Shown: in pieces, positions 54,808-64,000 of the stretch | Layout of the letters: every line of letters begins with the position of its first letter | Position numbering within the stretch: position 1 is the first letter of the stretch | Notes under the pieces: generated by a model | Databases searched by the model: none | What the model was told of the DNA's origin: nothing | The model's input: the letters and a program-made list of their open reading frames with translations, nothing else | Assembly: GCA_951406725.2 (NCBI GenBank) | Contig: OX597830.1 | Span: 45,074,001 to 45,138,000 of the forward strand | Reading direction: 5' to 3' | DNA length: 64,000 nucleotides | Source: Octopus vulgaris | Lineage: Eukaryota | Program-made: the position numbers and the translations under genes

Positions 54808-55599
54808 AAAATTCTCGTATTTTCTATCTTCCGTCTCTCTCATTAACCAAATACGCAGTGAACAGCGAGACAGTGAACGTGCTTTATCGGTAATCTACCA
54901 GGTATATACCACAATATATAACACAACAAGGAGAAAACGAGAAACTAGATGAAAACTTAAGGAACGGGAATTTTAGACAAAGACACGAAACACGGAATAT
55001 TCGCAGCTGAGATTTCCTTGTCAGTCAATGGCGCAAAATATCATTGTGGTTTCATAAAGTTAATTTGTTAGTCTTCATCCGGTTTACTTTTGTAAAAATA
55101 TAACTGAATTTAAATTGAAAAACGTTTAGTATGAGTGAGCTAAGTTATTCTCATTTTTTTTTTTTTTTTTTTTTTTTGTCAAGGTCCTGCGATACTTCTG
55201 AAAACAACTTTATGCAAGTGAGAAAATAGAAACATTTCTTCGCGTAACAAATTTAGTTATAGATCAGAAACTCATTTCATAAGCATTATAAAAATGATAA
55301 AATTCTACGCTGAAGCCTCGATCTTTCCCCTCTTTTTAGCTGATTCATTTTTCCTTATACTAATACTATTCCTTCAACAATTATAAATTTGGAATTTCCA
55401 CAAAATTGTTTAGCCCATACTGATCTTAGAAGAATGTTTAATTTTATAAAAATACGCAGCTTACAGTTTTCGGTCGAAAATGTATGGTGAATATGTGCCA
55501 TTTTCCATATTGTTAAATGTCATTTTTATCTCCCTAAAAAAATTTCAATACCAAAAGCTCCGCACACCTCTAAAAGCTTGTCAATAGAATTTCAGAAAT

Positions 55600-56690
55600 C
55601 TCTTCGTTATAATTATTCCAATGTATACTTATTCTAAGTGCTGAATTTTCTTCCTTTTCATTCGCCCGACTATACTGTACTTTCTACTGCCAGAAAGTGC
55701 CAAACACATTTTTCTATTTTTAGTATTTCTAGGATTTTGTGTAAAATTGTAGGTACGATAAGTACAAATGAGAATTTATTGTCAGAGCTGTAAGTTCCAC
55801 ATTAATTCACTATAAATGTATACTTTTTTTCTTGAACTTTGATTTTACATTCCCATCCGCTGGTCAGTTAACTTCCACCACAGTGCATAACCTTTGTTTC
55901 CTGTCCAACAGAGACCAATATCAGGTCGAATATATTTGCACCGAATTGCTGTTTTTACTAGAATGTTTTACCAGTGTTCCTTCTTTTAAAAGGTGTGAAT
56001 ACATGTTGGTTCTGACATGCTTCTGACATATACGTCATGGCAATTTTTCTAAATAGTCTATTGCAAATAGTCTTTGCAAATATATCATGCCTCAGGGGCA
56101 GGTACTATCTTGTAGACATTTTGGGGAAGCAGCTAATGATGGAGTTGATATCTTCTACACTGGTATAGCAGAGCCACTACGTTCTAAGTTCAAATTCCGC
56201 CGAGGTCGACTTTGCCTTTCATTCTTTCGGGGTCGATTAAATAAGTACCAGTTACGCACTGGGGTCGATGTAATCGACTTGATCCGTTTGTCTGTCCTTG
56301 TTTATTACCTCTGTATTTAGCCCCTTGTGGGTAGTAAAGAAATAGGTATAGCAGAGCCGACATTTTCTACCATAACGTGGAAGTTTGATGGTATCCTTGT
56401 CCCTCTTGTTGATCAGGTTAGGGCTATCTACTGTTCTTGGATAGCGAAGGCATATACTTCTTGGTGGGATGTCATGTATCTACCACAGGTTTAGGAAATA
56501 CTACTCTTTCTGTCAAAGCTGTTGTTATCCTCTAGCTTACGGGATATGTACCCATGCATAATACCAACAAACTCGAAGACAGCACCAACAAAACCGTTTC
56601 CTTCACGGACATCAATGTCAAAGCATCTTCTCCAATTACTCCGACCAGCAACGCGGTTAGCCATTACAACTTTATTTTTTCAAGTAATCC
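55600..56690 (-). mobile_element. Highly degenerate RLE-type retrotransposon fragment
   Basis: RPD...LCTVVEVN-like segment at ~55850-55930 resembles 48836-49138. Confidence 0.5.
56176..56344 (+). mobile_element. 5'-truncated SINE family A (Tx1-like tail)
   Basis: Perfect 14-bp TSD ggtatagcagagcc at 56162-56175 and 56345-56358. Confidence 0.9.
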
Positions 56691-58891
56691 ATGGACACGT
56701 GAAAATCAGAGTAACAGTTATTTTGTGATATTTTTGCAGCTTTGATAAAAAGCATATTATTCTAACTCCGGTATTCGCATACAATTTTTTTACCACCTTG
56801 TGTTGCATTTATGTGCTTACTTATGTGTGTGTGTGTGTGCGCGCGCGCGTGTCGATCACGAAACAAGTATTTGCTTAAACTCACAATGAACGCGTTTTAC
56901 CATCATAATGCCGGCTATAATGCTAATGATGAATCAAAACAATGTTTAGCGGCCAATAAGTTGAACTGGAGCCAGTAGACTAAATGTTTCATAATGCATC
57001 GGTTTGTCCTTTGTTTTTCTCGGTTCCTAAACCTACCACCTTCCACTTCAATGTTATTTACTGTTCATTGCAGCTTAAAGATGTAATAAAAGCGAGTCGA
57101 TGAATTATTCATATTTCGTTAAGGATTGATGCCACGGTTAATCACTGGATAAAATGATTTAAATTACATTTATGATTTGTCCTTTTTGAAAGTTTGAGTT
57201 AGAAATAAATAAATTAGTGATAGAAATGAAAAGTAAATAGTAAGTGGAAACTTAAATTAATAATCTAGAAATCAGAAACTATTTTTGAGGTGTATTCCTC
57301 CTTCATCCTGATGTATTGAATCACCGAAATCCATCGGTTCTGTTGATTCACCGACCACTTTCGCATAAGAAGCCGACCATAGATTCCACGTGATCGTCTG
57401 GAAATAGTAACAAGATCTCCAACAAACATCACACTACCGTCTTTTAAAAAAAAACTATGTTTAAGTTAACATTATTTTGTCTTCGAAAAAAAAAAAAAGA
57501 CGTATTCCACCATGGAGTGGTGCAATAGTTGTTATTTTAGTATTCAACATTTTTACGAACGCGAGCCAACAAAAGAGCCTCTATCTATTTTCTCAAACTT
57601 CTAGCAGTTAAATCTCTCTCGCTCTTATTTTACACCTCATTATTGTAAAATGGTAATTCAATTTTAGACGTTCAAACATATTAAAACGTACAAGATTTGA
57701 TGGTCATGGTGGGAATGCTTTTGACCATCAAGTCTTGCTGGGAATGCTTTTGACCATCAAGTCTTGCTACATTAGGGCTGATATTGAGGGATAAACAATA
57801 ATAGAAGTTTGAGAACAACTTCCTTCTTCTCTCCCGTCATTGATAGGAGGACTCTTCCTCCTCTAAGTGATTAAAAAATGTCACAGGTGCAGTGAAACCT
57901 ATTTTTCTTTTTGTTCAACTATTTTGTGTATCAGGTATTCCTTATAAGATTACATCAGTTCGGAAGATTTACAGAATCATGAGAGTGTCCGACTAAATGC
58001 CTTACACAATTTATTCGGGATCAGCATTCTGAGTTCAAATGACGCTGGGTCAACTTTGTCGTTCATCCTTCTGGGTTAATAAAGTAAAGTGGTCACCATT
58101 ACAAGAAGTTTTGATCTTGTACCTAAGTTAGAAACAAATACTAATTTAGTTCTTTCCATTAATTTCTTTACATAATTTCTTTCCCTCTCAAACTTCTACC
58201 CCCTCACACTACTTGCGTTCATTTTCTTTAATTTTCTTTCTTCGATTCTTCTCAACGTTTTCAGTTTCTTTTTCTGTTCTTACTTCCTCCACTCTTCTTA
58301 TCTCCTTAATCTTTTTCTCCCTTTCCACTTTTCACGTCTGTCAGTATCTCTTGTCGCCATTACCTTTTCACTTACTTGCCACTCACTCAACTTGTCTAAC
58401 ATTTCAACTCAATTGAAGATCAAATAATATGTTCATTCAATATCAGATCTCTTCTGAAAGAACTGAAGTCGCTAAATAAGCCAAACTATTATTAACCCAG
58501 AGAACCACCGCCATTGCATGTCCAGTAGTAATAACAGAAGAATCTAGATTTCTACTGAAATATTTCAGACTGTGGTTTCTCGAAGTAGCAATGGTAAAGT
58601 GTCTATTTAAGAAATGGAAGCGTTTCTGGTAATGAACAGTCACATTTCTAATTCTTCATTGTAGTGTAATGTGTGAGTGTGTGCGTGTGTGAGAGAAAGA
58701 GAGAGAGAGAATACATAATACAAACATACATACATATAAATATACATACATACATGTATATACACTCTATACATACACGCACACACACATATGTACACAT
58801 ACACAGAGTGCAATGGGTAAATTGTCGCCATTTCATATTTTTTGATATTGCGCATGCACATTGTTTTAAATTTTGTCGACTACACAGTATA

Positions 58892-59140
58892 ATAGGGTCT
58901 GTTGGACACCGTTTCTGATAAAAACAGCACCATGACACAATTCATTTTGCCAGAAATTTGGAAACGACATGTTCTACTGCTTGGCATTCACGCAGGAAGC
59001 TCCAATAAGAACATTTCAAAGTGTTTGGGTGTCAATCTGAGGACATGTACTGAGAGTGATAAAAATCAAACATCCAGTCAACATTATGGCGTTTGAAGTG
59101 ATCACTAGTGATGGAGACGTTATGCCTCCATTCATCTTTC
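58892..59140 (+). mobile_element. Tc1/mariner-type relic
   Basis: [24 protein letters not shown] (HTH-like) joined to [24 protein letters not shown]. Confidence 0.55.
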
Positions 59141-59175
59141 ACACACACAAACACACCCACCCACCCACACATGTA

Positions 59176-59207
<32 letters not shown>

Positions 59208-59212
59208 CATAC

Positions 59213-59293
<81 letters not shown>

Positions 59294-59309
59294 TACATAT
59301 ATATACAGG

Positions 59310-59355
<46 letters not shown>

Positions 59356-59409
59356 TATATACATATATATATATATATACAGGTATATATATATATATAT
59401 ATATATATA

Positions 59410-59723
59410 AGCTTTATGAAAATAGACAAAAGACGAAGGCAGGTGGAAAACAAACGAACAATTGTATTAGTATGGCGCTCAGGAAATATAAATAAACAAG
59501 TCTTTAACGTTTCGAGCCTACGCTCTTCAACAGAAAGATACACAGAGAAAAAACACAGAAAGAAGGATATACACATTCTCCTTTTTTCTCTCCTTGTTTC
59601 TTTCTGTAGAAGAGCGTAGGCTCGAAACATTAAAGACTTTTTCAATTCCCAAGCGTTATACTAATACATCTGTTTGTTTTCTACACCACCTGTCTTCATA
59701 TTTTGTTTTTTTTTGTGAATTCT

Positions 59724-59726
<3 letters not shown>
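59410..59726. mobile_element. Fold-back of two head-to-head Penelope pseudo-LTRs in (TA)n
   Basis: Inverted arms, each carrying tcttt-CTGTWGA-A-GAGC-gtag-GCTC-GAAAC..aaaga (59501-59538 -, 59599-59636 +); homologous to 13800-13930. Confidence 0.8.
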
Positions 59727-59775
<49 letters not shown>

Positions 59776-59892
59776 CTTCATAACAAAGTTCTCCTCCAAA
59801 CTGAATGGCTGATAATATTTCTATAATGACTAGTACTAGATGAAGGACCAATTTTGTAAAGTAAATTGTATTAAACACACACACACACTTTT

Positions 59893-59926
<34 letters not shown>

Positions 59927-60107
59927 ACTCTTTCTGACTTTCTCTCCATACCTCACCCACTTTTATTATCTTATATCTCTCTCCACCCTTACACCCTCAA
60001 TAATACTATAAAAAGAGACAAATCTCCTGAAAAAATTCTATCTGAAGCCTCCACTAGAGTGGACGCAAGCGCTGTTATATGATTTATAAAAACATGTGAG
60101 ATTTTTT

Positions 60108-60277
60108 TCTCTAGTTTCAGCTCAGAGCTGTGGCCATCCTGATGCACCGCCGTTTTGCAAAACTGTTATTACTAAGAGCCTCCTCTAATATGTGGCACTT
60201 GGTGAAGCATGGAGATCGATATAACTACTCTCATTTGCACCTCTTGCCGTGAGGTAGGTTCATCTGGGACTCTCGAC
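60108..60277 (-). mobile_element. CR1-group LINE 3' end
   Basis: Homologous to 29535-29705. Confidence 0.8.
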
Positions 60278-60780
60278 AGTTGTAATTCTGAAATGGAAAG
60301 AGAAATAAAAACGTTTACCCTCTCCTTTCTGGACTATGCATAGTTTCGGCAATCTTTTGTAAATAAAATAAATTTGTTTACCACTGGCGTTGCCTCTTCC
60401 CCAGAAAAGCCAAGGACTACCATATATTCACGAGGTGATAATAAACATGCCCTGAGTGTATATGCTATAAATTTTCAAAATCCACCACACACGTACGGTT
60501 AATGATTTTTTGGCTAATTTGGAAATTAAATCGGCAGTTTATATTTACTGTTGAGAAAACCGCGCGAGTGTGGTGGATTTTGAAAATTTATAGCATATAG
60601 ACACGAGGCATGTTTATTATCGCCTCGTGAATATATGATAGTCCATGGCTTTTCAGCTGAAGAGGCAACGCCAGTGGTAAATAAATTTATTTTATTTACG
60701 AAAGATTGCCGAAACTATGCATAGTCCAGAAAGGAGAGGGTAAACGTTTTTATTTCTCTTTCCATTTCAGAATTACAACT
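60278..60780. mobile_element. 503-bp fold-back element with ~223-bp arms carrying hammerheads
   Basis: Arms 60278-60500 and 60558-60780 with a 57-bp spacer. Confidence 0.9.
60649..60734 (+). ncRNA. Hammerhead ribozyme (type I, canonical core)
   Basis: cttttcag-CTGAAGA-GGCAA...TTGCC-GAAA-CTATGCATAG-TC-cagaaagg; predicted cleavage after 60726. Confidence 0.8.
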
Positions 60781-60856
60781 ATTAGTGGTTTGGAGTTTAG
60801 CTGTTCTTTCTAGTGAGTCGGATGTCCTATTATGGCCATCCCATATATGTTTGAAA

Positions 60857-61406
<550 letters not shown>

Positions 61407-61409
61407 ATT

Positions 61410-62083
61410 TTTTTATTTTATCTAGTTTCAGCTCGCGAGCTGTGGCCATGCTGGGGCACCGCCATTTGGTGTTGCTACATGATTTTACTTCACGAATGCT
61501 TTTTAGCAACTGCCATTTGGTGCATGAGAGGGTTCGATGCAGCTGCCCTCATCTGCACCTCCTGCCGTGAAGTTGGTTTATCTGGGACACCTGACAGGAA
61601 GAGATCCAGTCCTACTTTAAAGACATCTACATCCACCCCATGCAGGTCCCTCAGGTTCTTCGGGAGGATATTGAAGAACTGTGGGCCTCTGAAGCCCAGG
61701 CTATCACAGTATCTTGTCGTACATCTTGATGGCAAATTTGGAGTCCTTGGCACCACGCAGTGGCCCCCAGTTCTGGCATTTGTGTAACTCTCGATGCCAA
61801 AGTTTGGGACAAGTCCTTCTAGGATCTTCCAGATGTATATTATGGCATATCTTTCTCGCCTACGCTCTAAGGAATAGAGTCTTAATCTCTTGAGTCTTTC
61901 CCAGTAGCTTATATGCTGCACAGAGGCTATCTTCTTCGTGTAGCATCGTTGGATCGCCTCAAGTTCTGTGATCAACTTGACACTGGATGGTAACCATAGC
62001 TGAGAGCAATAGTCAAAGTGGCTTAGGACAAGTGTCTTCCAGAGGACCATCATGGTTTCCTGGTCTCTTGTTCTAAAGGTTCT
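61410..62083 (-). mobile_element. CR1-group LINE 3' fragment (same subfamily as 24245-25590)
   Basis: RTFRTRDQETM...LERRRERY...GPQFFNILP plus the 3' stem-loop. Confidence 0.9.
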
Positions 62084-62147
62084 ATGTATATATATGTATA
62101 TGTATATATATGCATATGTATATATGTGTATATGCATACATATGTAT

Positions 62148-63195
62148 AAATCCTTAAATCCTTTAAAATGTTTTAGCCCGAAGGCCACGGCCATGCTGGG
62201 GCACCACCGTTGAATGAGCTACACTAATATGTGAATCCACCTCTGATACGTGGCACTTGATCAACAAGGGAGTTTGATGCCGCTGTCCGCATCTGTGTCT
62301 CCTGTCGTGAGGTAGGTTCATCTGGGACCCCCGACAAGAAGAGATCCAGTTTAGTTTTAAAGAAACCCACATCCACACCATGCAAGTCTCTCAGGCATTT
62401 AGGGAGGATGTTAAAGAGCTGTGGTCCTCTGAAACCCAAACTGTTGCCGTATCTGGTCCTGTATTTTGATGGTGATGTTGGAATCTTTGGCACAATGCAG
62501 TGGCGCCCCGTTCTGCCGTTGGGGTAACTTTGAATGCCAAAGTTTGGGACGAGACCTTCCAAGATTTTCCAGATGTATATCACCGCATATCTCTCCCGCC
62601 TTCGCTCTAGGGAGAAGAGGTTTAATACTTTCAGTCTTTCCCAGTAGCTGATATGTTGCATTGAGAGGATCTTCTTTGTGTAGCTTCTTTGAATTGCTTC
62701 GAGTTCTGCTGTTAGTTTTATATTGTGTGGTGACCATAGTTGGGAGCAGTTGTCCAAGCAGCTGAGGACGAAAGTTTTCCACAGGACCATCAGTTTCTCT
62801 TTCTCTCTTGTTCTGAAAGTTCGGAGAATCCATCCAGCTAGCCGTCTGCTTTTTATCACCAGATTAGTAATATGCACTTGGAAAGATGCATCATTGCTCA
62901 TGTCAATGCCCAGGTCACGCACTGATTTTGACTCAGGGATTGCAATTCTTCCTGGGTCAGTGTATCCAGTCTGCATGTCGTTTACCTTTGTGTGCCGGTA
63001 GCCCAGGGCCTGGAACTTACCTGCGTTAAACTGCATGTTGTTGTCCTCAGCCCACCTGTATATTGTATCCAGCCCCTGTTGCAGATGTGCAAAATTTCCA
63101 GGGTTTTGTATTGTGTGGGAGACATTTGTGCCATTTGCATAGCTAGCAAGGGTGGCCATTTTAGCAACTGAGGGCATATCTGAAAGGGTCACTAT
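62148..63195 (-). mobile_element. CR1-group LINE 3' fragment (third subfamily, (TTTAAGGA)n tail)
   Basis: Decayed SYADDT (SYANGT)...NMQFNAGK...LERRRERY...GVPDEP. Confidence 0.9.
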
Positions 63196-63236
63196 GAATA
63201 TGTATATATATGTATATATATATGTATATATATATG

Positions 63237-63320
<84 letters not shown>

Positions 63321-63389
63321 GTATGAATATATATATATATAAATATATATATGTATACATATGTATATATATATGTATACATATATACG

Positions 63390-63440
<51 letters not shown>

Positions 63441-64000
63441 GTTTGATTATATCTATATATGTGTGTCCCTGTGTCTGGAAACAACCCATTAACTGCCTTA
63501 TATCTGAAAGCAGTATTTCACATTTTAGCCTCACATAACCTTTTGACTGATTTCCAGAATGTATGTTTTATGTTTTTTATGATACGAAGATTATTATTGG
63601 AGAAAAGCCAGGATGTAAATTGCATGGAAGAAGTGCTAGATAATATTAAAGTGCAAGAAACCTATATATATATTATTGATTGAAGAATAATGCAAGAGAA
63701 AGCTGCATTCACGATATAATAGAAGTTTTTTAAAACTTCTTTTCTTTTTTGATGTAAATATATCGAAATATGCTTTTGATTGCATTCCTCTGCTGTTAAC
63801 CGTTTATTTACCCACATTAACCGATTATGTAATAAATATTTATGCCATCTGGATTGACCAGGTTGTCTGTAAAGAGCCGGCTCCACTGGCCACAACATTC
63901 GTTCCATTCCTTTCGTGCTCACGCCATTCTTCTCCACGTTATTCCAAACATTTTTTTTAATCATCTTCCCACCTGATTGGAGCTTTTCCGAGTAGTTTCT

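Larger units (their letters stand above)
53279..54853 (-). mobile_element. 5'-truncated Penelope element with inverted pseudo-LTRs
   Basis: GIY-YIG ORF 53847-54605 flanked by inverted repeats 53279-53440 and 54692-54853. Confidence 0.88.

Noticed and set aside
63662-63964. 100-aa ORF at the window end
   Set aside because: No recognisable motif or splice support.

Overview
Eukaryotic, AT-rich, repeat-dominated non-coding DNA. The SINE families and extreme (TA)n/(CA)n/(TACA)n density resemble an octopus or other coleoid genome (inference). No host protein-coding gene is confidently recognisable, and most ORFs in the track are microsatellite translations. Contents: one near-full-length Tx1-clade LINE plus two divergent Tx1 relics, many CR1-group LINE 3' fragments, R4/Dong-like RLE fragments, Penelope GIY-YIG fragments, mariner/Tc1 relics, non-autonomous Helitrons, a Helitron helicase relic, several tRNA-derived SINE families, a tRNA-Gly pseudogene, two minisatellites and a SINE triplication. 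Two candidate systems stand out. (1) The Tx1 LINE sits, with a perfect 15-bp TSD, inside the head of a SINE whose 3' tail matches the LINE's 3' end, and the same site forms the junction of a SINE dimer elsewhere. (2) A recurring class of fold-back elements is made of head-to-head Penelope-type repeats with outward-facing minimal hammerhead ribozymes, including an apparent natural G3:C8 core swap. Coordinates were read by eye and may be off by a few bases.
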